61,573 nucleotides of DNA from IMG/VR virus record IMGVR_UViG_2778261122_000001, positions 1 to 61,573 of that record; one strand, 5' to 3'. This DNA is from a virus (Duplodnaviria > Heunggongvirae > Uroviricota > Caudoviricetes). This document shows positions 23,693-32,636 of this stretch, piece after piece. How positions within the stretch are numbered: the stretch's first letter is position 1; every line of letters begins with the position of its first letter. Under the pieces are notes generated by a model. The model was given only the letters and a program-made list of their open reading frames with translations, did not search any database and was not told where the DNA came from. Made by a program: the position numbers and the translations under genes.

Positions 23693-24093
23693 CTCACAAT
23701 CCCAATATATGGTTGTTTACAATTTGTTTAAATAGTCACCAGCCAAGCTAAGCGATTGTATATTCATTACGTTCGAAACTATTTATTGTGTAACAATATC
23801 AGCTAAGTTACTGGCTATAGTATATGAGTTTAAAATTCTGCGCTCTCATAAGCATACTATATATAGTTATACCCCGAGTGATTGTGCTAAGCAACTGATT
23901 GCGCCCTACTAGATTTTATTTTTATGGTAAAATGTAGACCTCACTTCTAGCTTGGAGTTATTCCCTATTTATTAAGTACTACGTCCATATATGGCATAGT
24001 GCTACCTGTCAGCTCAGGTTTGGCACTGTGCCATAATAGCTGTTTCAGCTCACGTCTGAACAAATATAAATAACCCCCTCACTTAGAAGTGTT

Positions 24094-24459
24094 CTAACGG
24101 TCCATTTCTAGCTCAATTTCTAACATCATTAACATGCCATCAACTACACCTTCAGCCTTTTGCAATAAACGCCCAACCCAGCAATCAGAACGCCCATGTT
24201 TACGGGCAAGCGCCATAAACGTCATACCACCTACATAATAATCCACTAATAAATCGTGCAAATCGCTGTTGTTCTTTTTCAGGCGAGCCATGCACCCACA
24301 AATGATCATCGCGTCATCGTCACAACATTGCGGGCGGGATTTTACTTTTGAAGGGATTAGTCCTTTAAATCCTGCAGCAATAGACGACCAGGTGACATCC
24401 TCGTGATTATTTGCCACCCATGCACCCCAACGTTCAAGAACCATTTGAATATCACGCAT
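24094..24459 (-). CDS. Q: Late-gene antiterminator Q, phage 82/QuuD type
   Basis: Start trimmed to [14 protein letters not shown]; Cys-rich core as in remembered DLP12 QuuD. Confidence 0.8.
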   Translation of the reverse strand: MRDIQMVLERWGAWVANNHEDVTWSSIAAGFKGLIPSKVKSRPQCCDDDAMIICGCMARLKKNNSDLHDLLVDYYVGGMTFMALARKHGRSDCWVGRLLQKAEGVVDGMLMMLEIELEMDR

Positions 24460-24476
24460 CAACTTTCTCCACAAAA

Positions 24477-25472
24477 TCAGGCCAGCACGCCAATTGCCAG
24501 CGCACGATCGATAAAACGAAATATCAGCTCCAGCTGGGAGCCATACATCTCTTCAAATGCCACGGTATCCGCATGCAGCTCGTCGTGATGCTTTCTGCAC
24601 AAAGGCAACACAAAGAGGTCATGCGCTTTTGTACCCATTCCACCCTGACCGTGACCTATCAGGTGGTGGGGATCATCAGCAGGCTTTCCACAACATGCAC
24701 ACGGCTGTGTCTTAACCCAGCGCGTGTACTTTTCATTAACCCAGCGGCGACGTTTTGGGCGTAACATAAAAGACTCCGGCGACTCTGGATCCACTTTCAG
24801 CGCCAGCACCTTTTTCGCTTTATCCTGGATAATGCTGGTGGCAGGAACCGAAGGAACAAGGTCACTCTCCCGGGTGACAGACGGCACAACAGGCTTCGGT
24901 AATCTCAGTGCCTTACGGGCTGCACTTTCCGGTAAGGCATCCGCCAGGTCATTACGAACCAGCCACCAGCACAGTTCCGGCATTGTCACAACGTGACTAT
25001 CATCAAAACCGAGATCACGGCGCACAACAGATAACACCCAGCGGGCACAGCTATCCGTTGCCATTGATTCCAGCCGTTCCGTGAACTGATCGCGCAGCTG
25101 GTTATCGCAGTGCCAGCACAGACGGATTGCGCCCGGCGCGTGTCGCATTGTGGTCATGTTCTCGCTGTGCCAGTCGGAATGAGGCCACTGGCAGCCTTTT
25201 TCACGAAGTAACCAGCTTTCAAGACATTCCACGCCACCAGCACGACGGATCACTGCCTCATTGCGGAACACGGCCCGAACGGCAGGATCATCCGCCAGCG
25301 GTTGTGATGCCGCCGGAACGGCACCACTGGCGAAAGATGAATAACGTTCCGGCTCAGGCTCCAGCAGGACACGCCCCTGCATAAACAGGGGCATCAGCTC
25401 TGAACCTGGCCTGAACAATACGATCCCCATACGCGGGGCAATTTCAGGGGTCAGTAGTGCTCTCACGGTCAC
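24477..25472 (-). CDS. nin-region protein with C-terminal Cys/His-rich HNH-like motif
   Basis: 331 aa; C-terminal [28 protein letters not shown]...CRKHHDELH. Confidence 0.55.
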   Translation of the reverse strand: MTVRALLTPEIAPRMGIVLFRPGSELMPLFMQGRVLLEPEPERYSSFASGAVPAASQPLADDPAVRAVFRNEAVIRRAGGVECLESWLLREKGCQWPHSDWHSENMTTMRHAPGAIRLCWHCDNQLRDQFTERLESMATDSCARWVLSVVRRDLGFDDSHVVTMPELCWWLVRNDLADALPESAARKALRLPKPVVPSVTRESDLVPSVPATSIIQDKAKKVLALKVDPESPESFMLRPKRRRWVNEKYTRWVKTQPCACCGKPADDPHHLIGHGQGGMGTKAHDLFVLPLCRKHHDELHADTVAFEEMYGSQLELIFRFIDRALAIGVLA

Positions 25473-25473
25473 C

Positions 25474-26271
25474 TCAATGAACGGTATCGAGCAGCTTTAA
25501 CAGCTCAGGGAATCGGGATTCGAAGAAATGCGGCTGCGTCTCGCGCGGATTTGCGGGACTGGTGATATTCTTGCCGAACATGCAGCCTTTCGCTGTCAGC
25601 GACCAGAATTTTTTGATGTTGTTAATCGCGGTACGGCTGTATCGTTCGCGCTGCTCGACGATCCCCAGCTTCACCATCTGGTGATATGCCTGATTAGCTG
25701 TCAGGCGGATACCATACTGCTTCAGCAGTGCACTCAGTGACAGCGTGGGGCGGCTTGAGCCATCAGGCGCGTCAGCAGGAGCATCAATGGCATAGCGCGG
25801 TGCCAGATTCGGTAAGCCAACAGCCTCCTGGAGTTTCTGACAGGCACCAAGCACTGAAGAGTTAGACAGGTTTAATTCCCGGTGCATAAAGTCCAGCAGA
25901 ATCACACCAGCCTGCATCTTGTCAGCAGCCTGTCCGGATAATTTTTCCGGTGCGCTGGTTACCATGTCGAAAGTACGGATCACCTTCAGATGGAATGACG
26001 GGCTGATCCACATTGCATAGGCATACACCAGTTCTTTGCAGACATACGTCCCCTGGTTATTTCCGCCACGAATAACGTTAACTGGCTCTATATTGACCGA
26101 GTTGCAAATCTGCAACTCGCTTATTAAACGCTCAGTTTGCTCATTGCGGAGCCAGAATGCAGGCTTATGCTTATCCAGAGAACCAGCAGCCCTGTGCAGA
26201 TCGTTCAGGCTGTAACGCCCATAAGCATCACGACGAACTTCAATACCATCAATGACCATCAGATTATTCAT
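25474..26271 (-). CDS. KilA-N domain protein
   Basis: N-terminal KilA-N-like pattern (YSLNDLHRAAG...KPAFWLRNEQT). Confidence 0.65.
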   Translation of the reverse strand: MNNLMVIDGIEVRRDAYGRYSLNDLHRAAGSLDKHKPAFWLRNEQTERLISELQICNSVNIEPVNVIRGGNNQGTYVCKELVYAYAMWISPSFHLKVIRTFDMVTSAPEKLSGQAADKMQAGVILLDFMHRELNLSNSSVLGACQKLQEAVGLPNLAPRYAIDAPADAPDGSSRPTLSLSALLKQYGIRLTANQAYHQMVKLGIVEQRERYSRTAINNIKKFWSLTAKGCMFGKNITSPANPRETQPHFFESRFPELLKLLDTVH

Positions 26272-26290
26272 ACTTCGTTTCTCCTCTTAA

Positions 26291-26671
26291 TCAGGCGGCT
26301 GCACCCGCCGTTTTCTCGTACTTACTGATAGTTATCTCGACCTTCCCTTCCGGGATAACCGGTCCCCACTCCACCAGCATTCTTTTCACCTGGCTGTCGT
26401 CTTCCCACACACCCGCGTGGGTCAGGGCGTCAAACAGCGCCTTGTTATAGTTGTCCAGATCGCGGATCCGGTTATCCGGAGGAAACAACACGATCTCCAC
26501 TGAAGCAGGTGCCGACGTTGGTTTCGGCAGACGATGTAACTGCTCAACTATTGCTGTGCACGCCGCACTCTGGAATTTTCGCCCCGCCGCGCTTATCAGG
26601 CTCTTACCAGCAAATGCCCCTTTGTTGGGGTAGGTGTTCACGCTGGGTGGAAAAGGCAGAATCAGCGTCAT
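26291..26671 (-). CDS. rusA: RusA-family Holliday junction resolvase
   Basis: 126 aa with the RDLDN catalytic motif and RusA-like size. Confidence 0.75.
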   Translation of the reverse strand: MTLILPFPPSVNTYPNKGAFAGKSLISAAGRKFQSAACTAIVEQLHRLPKPTSAPASVEIVLFPPDNRIRDLDNYNKALFDALTHAGVWEDDSQVKRMLVEWGPVIPEGKVEITISKYEKTAGAAA

Positions 26672-26994
26672 ACTTTCAGCCCCCTCTCATGTAACCAGTG
26701 GGCTGCACGCAGCCTGGCGTTTTCCTCACCAGCAAGCAGTGCGCGGATAATCCCGGCCGCCTCGCTGTCGTCGTCCTTCACCGCGGTATGAAGCGTGATG
26801 CCCCGGGCCACGCCACGCTTTATCGTGATGACGCCTTTTTTCTCCAGTGCGCGAAGATGCTCCACCGCTGCATTCACTGAACGGTATCCCAGCATGGTAG
26901 CCACCTCCTGATTGGTTGGCGGGAAGCCACGTTCTTTCTGGTAAGAAATCAGCATATCCAGCACCTGCTGCTGGCATTGAGTTAACGTCGTCAT
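26668..26994 (-). CDS. LexA N-terminal-type DNA-binding domain protein without peptidase domain
   Basis: Start trimmed to MTTLTQCQQQVLDML; GFPPTNQEVATMLGYRSVNAAVEHLRALEKKGVITI follows the LexA winged-helix pattern; ends at ~108 aa. Confidence 0.65.
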   Translation of the reverse strand: MTTLTQCQQQVLDMLISYQKERGFPPTNQEVATMLGYRSVNAAVEHLRALEKKGVITIKRGVARGITLHTAVKDDDSEAAGIIRALLAGEENARLRAAHWLHERGLKV

Positions 26995-27245
26995 TAAGCC
27001 CCCACGTAATTCCCTGACAGATACCACTCTTCACCCGATGCAGCGCGCTTGCTGCTTTTCCGTAAGCACCGCTCACGATGCGCCAGAAAATTGTTTCGTT
27101 CTGGCTGGGAGTGGCTTTCACGGAATGCCTCCATCCACACCGTTGCAGCACGACGGTATAAACCCCTGGACTCCAGTTCTTCAGCATGGCGGGTCAGGCA
27201 CAAAATCACCCGGGGGTCGTTAGTGCCGACATAGAAATTGCGCAC
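26994..27245 (-). CDS. Hypothetical protein
   Basis: 83-aa ORF, stop/start overlap with neighbours. Confidence 0.35.
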   Translation of the reverse strand: MRNFYVGTNDPRVILCLTRHAEELESRGLYRRAATVWMEAFRESHSQPERNNFLAHRERCLRKSSKRAASGEEWYLSGNYVGA

Positions 27246-27481
27246 AGGTCTGGTTTCACAAACTGGTTCCGCTCCTGCGATATCTCAGCCTGGCGCGGGA
27301 AATGTCTGCGTGTATCCTCTTCACAACGGTGAGCCACACGCCCACTCTGACGTAACTTGCTTGCTGACTGCAGAACTCGCTGCCGTGAGTAACCTGCAAA
27401 AGCATCCGCAATGTCTCCGGAAGTACACCCCGGATGGGCTTCAATGAATTTCTGAACGTCATTCAAAAGGCTCATGATCAC
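27206..27481 (-). CDS. Hypothetical protein
   Basis: 91-aa ORF in operon context. Confidence 0.35.
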   Translation of the reverse strand: MIMSLLNDVQKFIEAHPGCTSGDIADAFAGYSRQRVLQSASKLRQSGRVAHRCEEDTRRHFPRQAEISQERNQFVKPDLCAISMSALTTPG

Positions 27482-28419
27482 CCCCTGAATCCTGCCGGGA
27501 TCTGGCTGTAGTCCACATTGTCGTAACTGGCTTTGAAGTACGGGTCTTCGCGTTTTTCTGTGTACGTGCTGACGGACGGCGATAAGCGCAGGGAAAGTTC
27601 ATCCCATTTTTCCCGCAGCTTCGACGGGCTGAACACGTTACGGCACCAGAACGGGTCGCGGCTGACGCGGCTGTACATCTCGCAGATTTGTTTGTGGGTA
27701 CGACCGTCCTGTACACACATCAGGCGAATTTCATTTGCCCAGGCTGTCCAGTTCGGTTCTTTGGGACGAACCACCTCGCCGTCACATTCGGCGGCCTGCT
27801 CGTACAGGGCGATGATTTTTTTCCAGAGCCACTGTGCGCAGGTCAAATCATCCTGCGTTCCCCACTGGCGCTTTTTAGGGCTGAATACAACCGCATCAGG
27901 ATGGCGAGTTAAAAAATCCTGTTCAGCCTTCTGCATGTCCGGTTGCGAAGCGTCCGGACGAGAAGGTTTTTTATCTGACGGATCATGTTTTGATTTTACT
28001 GACGGATCCCCGCCAGATTCTGACGGGTGAAAACCCGCTTTTTTGCCAGATTTCGACGCATCAAATTTTGACGGGTCAGATTTTGATGCGTCAGATTTTG
28101 ACGGGTCAGAATCTGACAGTTGAGAAAATGCCGCTGCCTGAAGCTTCGCAACGTTAAGCTGATAAACATTCGACGCATTGCGGTTACCCTGGCGACGCGC
28201 CTTACGCGTTAACCAGCCTTCTGCTTCCAGCCGTGCGATAGCCGTTCTGACGGTGCTCATCCCCGCGCCAATCTGGCGGGCAATGGTTTCAATTGATGGC
28301 CAGCACACACCTTCGTCATTACTGAAATCAGCCAGGCGGGCCATAATTGCCACGCTGGATAACTTCATGCCTGACGCAGCGCAACCATCCCATACATAGC
28401 CGGTTAATTTAGTGCTCAT
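27478..28419 (-). CDS. Replication initiator protein (origin iterons inside the gene)
   Basis: 313 aa; N-terminal HTH-like region, linker SDPSKSDASKSDPSKFDASKSG encoded by the DNA iterons; lambda-O-like architecture. Confidence 0.65.
   Translation of the reverse strand: MSTKLTGYVWDGCAASGMKLSSVAIMARLADFSNDEGVCWPSIETIARQIGAGMSTVRTAIARLEAEGWLTRKARRQGNRNASNVYQLNVAKLQAAAFSQLSDSDPSKSDASKSDPSKFDASKSGKKAGFHPSESGGDPSVKSKHDPSDKKPSRPDASQPDMQKAEQDFLTRHPDAVVFSPKKRQWGTQDDLTCAQWLWKKIIALYEQAAECDGEVVRPKEPNWTAWANEIRLMCVQDGRTHKQICEMYSRVSRDPFWCRNVFSPSKLREKWDELSLRLSPSVSTYTEKREDPYFKASYDNVDYSQIPAGFRG
27970..28130. repeat. Origin iterons: about eight direct repeats of a ~15-16-bp unit (ATTTTGACGGGTCAG-like)
   Basis: Visible tandem units gattttgacgggtcag, attttgatgcgtcag, attttgacgggtcag, aatctgacag inside the replication gene. 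Confidence 0.7.
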
Positions 28420-28428
28420 GACCGACCT

Positions 28429-28767
28429 CTATTTCCCTGAATTTACGACGAAACTGTTCGAGCGGGCTGAAGCACTCATGCTCATAGCCTTCGCGGAGGT
28501 AGATAACCCGTTGTGTTTCCGGCTCCCAACGAATGACTCTGACGGGCACTCCGTAGTGATCTTTGAACCAGCGGTTAACTTGTCGCAAAGGACTGTCTCC
28601 TTTTGCCGGTTGAAATCGCCCACAGCCCACTCTGCAAAGCTGTGGGTTACAATTTCCCTGTCACCTGGTACATTCACTGCATAGCAATACTCCACCTTCG
28701 CTTTTCCACCCGGTACAGGAAGTGCAATCAGTTGCGAGCGACGGTAGTGTGTTGTTAAACTGTTCAT
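28429..28767 (-). CDS. Hypothetical early protein
   Basis: 112-aa ORF with ATGA overlap to upstream gene; alternative 73-aa ORF 28409..28630 cannot be excluded. Confidence 0.3.
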   Translation of the reverse strand: MNSLTTHYRRSQLIALPVPGGKAKVEYCYAVNVPGDREIVTHSFAEWAVGDFNRQKETVLCDKLTAGSKITTECPSESFVGSRKHNGLSTSAKAMSMSASARSNSFVVNSGK

Positions 28768-29315
28768 GCGTTAGTTTCTCCACAGTCACGACACGCCACG
28801 GCGCCCGGAGCTGCACACTCGCGGGCGTCATTACTTTCTGAAATGCAAAAAATTTTGTAGACCAGTGCTGCATGCTCCTGCAGCTTCGAAATTGAGAGGT
28901 ACAGCTCGTCATTAATTGCTGTCTTCTCATGCGGTTCCACTACACCGTCTTCGATTGCTGAACGAATCTGTTTTGAATAACTGCCGATCTGTTCAATGAC
29001 TTCCAGCAGACGCTGGTTAATATCGGCGTTGTCCACATCCTCGACGTCAGGAAGAGACACAAAGACGCCATTTGCAGACTGCGCCACAGCATCAGCAATG
29101 AAGTGAGTTCCACCAGCACGTTGCAAAATCATTGCCCATCCCAGCGGGAAAATCTGATCGCCATCGGCACGAAGGCGGTTAAATAATGCGTTCTCTGTTA
29201 CATCCAGCCAGTCAGCAGCTTCAGCGTAACCCCCCGGCAACGCTGCGATAGTTTTTCTGACAGCTTTCACGTACCACTCAGGCTGTTTGTCTACTTTCCA
29301 GTGATGCTTACCCAC
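28764..29315 (-). CDS. Hypothetical early regulatory protein at the cII position
   Basis: 183-aa ORF directly downstream of cro; positional inference only. Confidence 0.4.
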   Translation of the reverse strand: MGKHHWKVDKQPEWYVKAVRKTIAALPGGYAEAADWLDVTENALFNRLRADGDQIFPLGWAMILQRAGGTHFIADAVAQSANGVFVSLPDVEDVDNADINQRLLEVIEQIGSYSKQIRSAIEDGVVEPHEKTAINDELYLSISKLQEHAALVYKIFCISESNDARECAAPGAVACRDCGETNA

Positions 29316-29568
29316 GGTTCACCTCCTGTTCCTGTGGTTTAAACCCATTCTGGTTTTGGCTAGATTGAAAACGTGCCGGATAAAGAATCTGCATTTCGCT
29401 GATTTCACCCTTAAAAAAATTGGCTAAACGTTCTGCAAGCTCGATAGATGGAATCTGTTCCAGCCTCTCAATACGACTCAACGTCGCTGGATTGACTTGA
29501 ACACCCGCAGCAACATGCTGCAAAGTGAAACCATGCGCCTTACGCACATTTCGTAATGGTGATTGCAT
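29308..29568 (-). CDS. cro: Cro-like HTH repressor
   Basis: 86 aa, HTH pattern, divergent from cI. Confidence 0.65.
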   Translation of the reverse strand: MQSPLRNVRKAHGFTLQHVAAGVQVNPATLSRIERLEQIPSIELAERLANFFKGEISEMQILYPARFQSSQNQNGFKPQEQEVNRG

Positions 29569-29665
29569 ATAACCTCCAAATATTGCGCGTTATGCATGTT
29601 ATTTCACGCAAGTATTTTGCGCAAGTTGATTTGCTTATCACGCAATAAAGAAATGTAATAAACGC
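29569..29665. promoter_or_regulatory. Divergent immunity promoter/operator region (PR/PRM-like)
   Basis: 97-bp gap between divergent cro and cI with repeated TTGCGC / CACGCAA half-site motifs. Confidence 0.6.
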
Positions 29666-30358
29666 ATGAACATAGGAAACCGAGTCAGACAACTTCGCCA
29701 AGCGAAGAACATGAAAATCGCCGATCTCGCTGAAGCAATAGGAGTAGATGCGGCGAACATCTCGCGCTTAGAAACGGGTAAGCAGAAACAATTTACCGAA
29801 CAAACACTGAGTAATATTGCCAAGAGCTTAGGTGTTGATATTGCTGATCTCTTTACCTCTGCCCTCAAAAGCAATACTGTATATAAAAACAGTAATGATG
29901 AGGATGTTGCGCAGGTGAAGGATGTGTTCCGTATTGAAATGCTGGATATCAGTGCCAGTGCGGGAAATGGCCTTATCCAGGGCGGTGATGTCATTGATGT
30001 GATTCATGCCATCGAATACAGAACTGATAATGCTGTATCAATGTTCGGCGGACGACCAGCCAATCACATCAAAGTTATCAACGTTCGTGGGGACAGTATG
30101 TGTCCAACCATTGAGCCAGGAGATCTCATCTTCGTTGATGTCAGCATCAATCAGTTTGATGGTGATGGTATATATGTCTTTGGTTTTGATGACAAAATAT
30201 ACGTTAAAAGACTTCAAATGATTCCTGACAAACTGCTGGTGATTTCTGATAACCAGATTTACCGTGAATGGGGAATTACTAGCGAAAACGAACACCGATT
30301 CATGGTCTTTGGAAAGGTCTTAATCAGTCAGTCGCAAACCCTTAAGAGACATAATTAA
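29666..30358 (+). CDS. cI: CI-type prophage repressor (HTH plus S24 LexA-like autopeptidase)
   Basis: N-terminal HTH; C-terminal GDSM Ser and VKRL Lys of the S24 dyad. Confidence 0.85.
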   Translation: MNIGNRVRQLRQAKNMKIADLAEAIGVDAANISRLETGKQKQFTEQTLSNIAKSLGVDIADLFTSALKSNTVYKNSNDEDVAQVKDVFRIEMLDISASAGNGLIQGGDVIDVIHAIEYRTDNAVSMFGGRPANHIKVINVRGDSMCPTIEPGDLIFVDVSINQFDGDGIYVFGFDDKIYVKRLQMIPDKLLVISDNQIYREWGITSENEHRFMVFGKVLISQSQTLKRHN

Positions 30359-30377
30359 CTTCAATATCCCATCCATC

Positions 30378-30399
30378 GGCCACCGAAAGGTGGCTTTTT
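30378..30399 (+). terminator. Intrinsic terminator downstream of cI
   Basis: GGCCACC-gaaa-GGTGGC hairpin followed by TTTTT. Confidence 0.6.
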
Positions 30400-30685
30400 A
30401 TCACCCATCATTTTGCACATCTCGCAAAATATTACTTGCGCATTTCGCATTTTAATTTTATCTTTTGTTCCAGACCAACTACAGGATTACAACAAAATCT
30501 GGTTGCAACACGGTGCATGGTGCATGTGTCGTAAGCGGTCAGTAAATGTCAAAAACGAACAGTCAGGACGACCAAGAAGTAGCCGCCTTGGGCATATGAA
30601 GTCCAAGATGATTCGTTAGCAACAAAAAAGCGCCCTATAGGACGCTTCGCTCTTTAACAATCTGGATATCCACAACAGTAGCAAT

Positions 30686-31167
30686 CTACAGATTGCCGTT
30701 AAGTTTTCTGGCCAACTCCTCAATGGATGGAGGCGATACGTAATCCGGATTTTTATTCATCAGAAACTTATTTTCACAGTGGAGGCACCTGCTTTTATGA
30801 AAAAGCTCATCTTCGCTAACCGGGAATGGTTGAAGTATCGATACTATCTTTTGTCCAAAACATTTTGGGCAAAGATGCATGGTTATGCTGCCACCGTTCA
30901 CGATTACCTCCTTCGAGTATACAAAAGTACCCGACTCAAGTTGGTTAAGGATATAGCCTTCCGTCTGAGCCTCAAAGTTTTCGAATTCTGCAATTTTAGC
31001 TTTGAGAGAAGCATTTATTTCTTGATAAGAGCCCACCAGTTCAACGAGAGACACGCATTCGCGCTGAATAGACGCAAGCTTTGAGTTCAGCTCACCAATA
31101 GCCGCATTTACTTCAGCTTGAGTTTTTGCCTCGTTCATTAGTTTTGCAATCTGGGCTGTTTCACGAA
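30686..31167 (-). CDS. Hypothetical coiled-coil protein with C-terminal CPKC...CLHC zinc-ribbon-like motif
   Basis: Start trimmed to MTAIRETAQ; upstream in-frame extension crosses hairpin-rich GC-rich DNA and is probably non-coding. Confidence 0.45.
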
Positions 31168-31214
31168 TAGCCGTCATTGCTGCCGTTAATTCAGCGATCA
31201 CATTGAATACTCTT

Positions 31215-31268
31215 ATTGTTGTTGGGGATATCCAGATTAACCGAATCCTTGTTGTTGGGGAATAACCA
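31215..31268. repeat. Two direct repeats of TTGTTGTTGGGGA(T/A)ATA(T/A)CCAG, 33 bp apart
   Basis: 31215..31234 and 31248..31268 share 18 of 20 positions; lie 50-100 bp upstream of the 30686..31167 gene. Confidence 0.5.
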
Positions 31269-31486
31269 GGTCCACCTCGCCTGATGTGGCTAAAAGCAGG
31301 CACATAACAGCTAAGTATTTTCAACCAGAGAGAATCCTTAGCGTTGTGGTGAATGCGGCTCAGCGCACGCGGGTTAAGGTTGAGGCTGACAGTCGACCTT
31401 CTGTGGATACCCACCCGCCTGGTGTGCAACCTTCGCCAGGCACCGGGAGGCACCCGGCACCACAACTTTATGCTGTGTGTAGTCCT

Positions 31487-31621
31487 GGCGGTACCAGTTT
31501 GTACCCTTGCTTCCGGCTGGTACCGTCCTTTTTACAAAACAGAGAAGAGCCTCACCGGACGACGGGCTCATAACCCAATCCATCCGGGCGGCTGCCACCG
31601 CAGGTGTTCTTCTCTGTTTTG
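31487..31621 (+). other. Hairpin-dense GC-rich noncoding element (candidate structured RNA)
   Basis: GGCGGTACCAG/CTGGTACCG stem followed by TTTTT (31487..31533), then a perfect 14-bp inverted repeat CAAAACAGAGAAGA/TCTTCTCTGTTTTG around a 59-nt loop (31535..31621); strand unknown. Confidence 0.35.
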
Positions 31622-31746
31622 TGGAGAAACTAACCGCCCCTACGGGGGCATTTATGGAAATGTAATTGACTCAATAATCGCCGGACGGTGAGGGCTTCCT
31701 TTTACCCGAATTCAGCGCGGTGCAGCGCATATACGTGGAGAACAAA

Positions 31747-32283
31747 ATGTCATTTATTAAAACTTTTTCCGGGAAGCATTTTTATTATGACAGGATAAAT
31801 AAAGACGACATCGTTATTAACGATATCGCGGTTTCCCTTTCAAATATCTGTCGCTTTGCAGGACATCTTTCACACTTCTACAGTGTCGCCCAACATGCGG
31901 TGCTTTGCAGCCAGCTGGTGCCGCAGGAATTTGCTTTTGAAGCTTTAATGCATGATGCAACAGAAGCATATTGCCAGGACATCCCCGCACCACTGAAACG
32001 ACTTCTTCCTGACTATAAACGGATGGAAGAAAAAATAGACGCCGTAATCCGTGAGAAATACGGGTTACCTCCTGTTATGAGCACGCCAGTGAAATATGCC
32101 GATCTCATTATGCTGGCAACCGAACGCCGCGATCTCGGGCTTGATGATGGCTCTTTCTGGCCTGTGCTGGAAGGTATCCCGGCAACAGAGATGTTCAACG
32201 TGATTCCACTGGCTCCAGGCCATGCCTACGGGATGTTTATGGAACGCTTTAACGAATTATCGGAGTTACGCAAATGCGCATGA
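31747..32283 (+). CDS. HD-domain phosphohydrolase
   Basis: Start trimmed to MSFIKTF after GGAGAA; H...HD metal-binding pattern (FAGHLSHFYSVAQHAV...LMHDATEAY). Confidence 0.75.
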   Translation: MSFIKTFSGKHFYYDRINKDDIVINDIAVSLSNICRFAGHLSHFYSVAQHAVLCSQLVPQEFAFEALMHDATEAYCQDIPAPLKRLLPDYKRMEEKIDAVIREKYGLPPVMSTPVKYADLIMLATERRDLGLDDGSFWPVLEGIPATEMFNVIPLAPGHAYGMFMERFNELSELRKCA

Positions 32284-32636
32284 ATGTTTTCGAAATGGAA
32301 GGGTTTCTTCGTGGGAGATGTGTACCGCGAGATCTGAAAGTGAATGAAACGGATGCTGAATACCTGGTGCGTAAATTCGATGCGCTTGAAGCTAAATGTG
32401 CAGCACAGGAAAACAAAGTAATACCAGTGTCAACTGAACTGCCACCAGCAAATGAAAGTGTTTTGTTATTCGATGCTAACGGAGAAGGCTGGCTAATTGG
32501 CTGGCGTTCTCTCTGGTACACCTGGGGACAAAAAGAAACCGGAGAATGGCAGTGGACATTTCAGGTCGGGGACCTTGAAAACGTCAATATCACTCACTGG
32601 GCAGTAATGCCAAAAGCACCGGAGGCTGGAGCATAA
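32274..32636 (+). CDS. Hypothetical early protein
   Basis: 120-aa ORF overlapping upstream stop. Confidence 0.45.
   Translation: MRMNVFEMEGFLRGRCVPRDLKVNETDAEYLVRKFDALEAKCAAQENKVIPVSTELPPANESVLLFDANGEGWLIGWRSLWYTWGQKETGEWQWTFQVGDLENVNITHWAVMPKAPEAGA

Noticed and set aside
27970-28130. Short tandem repeats that could be mistaken for a CRISPR array
   Set aside because: Units are ~15 bp with no unique spacers and lie inside a coding sequence; they are replication-origin iterons. No repeat-spacer architecture seen anywhere in the window.
28409-28630. 73-aa minus-strand ORF overlapping the 112-aa ORF 28429..28767
   Set aside because: Two overlapping same-strand ORFs cannot both be annotated; the 112-aa frame was kept for its stop/start overlap with the upstream gene, but the choice is uncertain.
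30413-30619. 68-aa plus-strand ORF after the cI terminator as a possible N-like antiterminator
   Set aside because: Only a short C-terminal stretch is basic, there is no similarity to N-family proteins, and it ends at a bidirectional terminator-like hairpin.
30686-31465. 259-aa ORF as listed in the track
   Set aside because: The upstream 99 codons translate hairpin-rich GC-rich DNA into an Arg-rich low-complexity peptide; the coding region most likely starts at the internal MTAIRE methionine (31167).
31487-31621. Retron msr/msd or type III toxin-antitoxin RNA
   Set aside because: No reverse-transcriptase gene nearby and only two direct repeats rather than a multi-copy array; kept as an unclassified structured element.
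31286-31691. Plus-strand ORFs 31286..31573 and 31353..31691 and minus ORF 31374..31598
   Set aside because: Mutually overlapping in different frames within the hairpin-rich GC-rich region, Pro/Arg/Gly-rich and low complexity; treated as non-coding.
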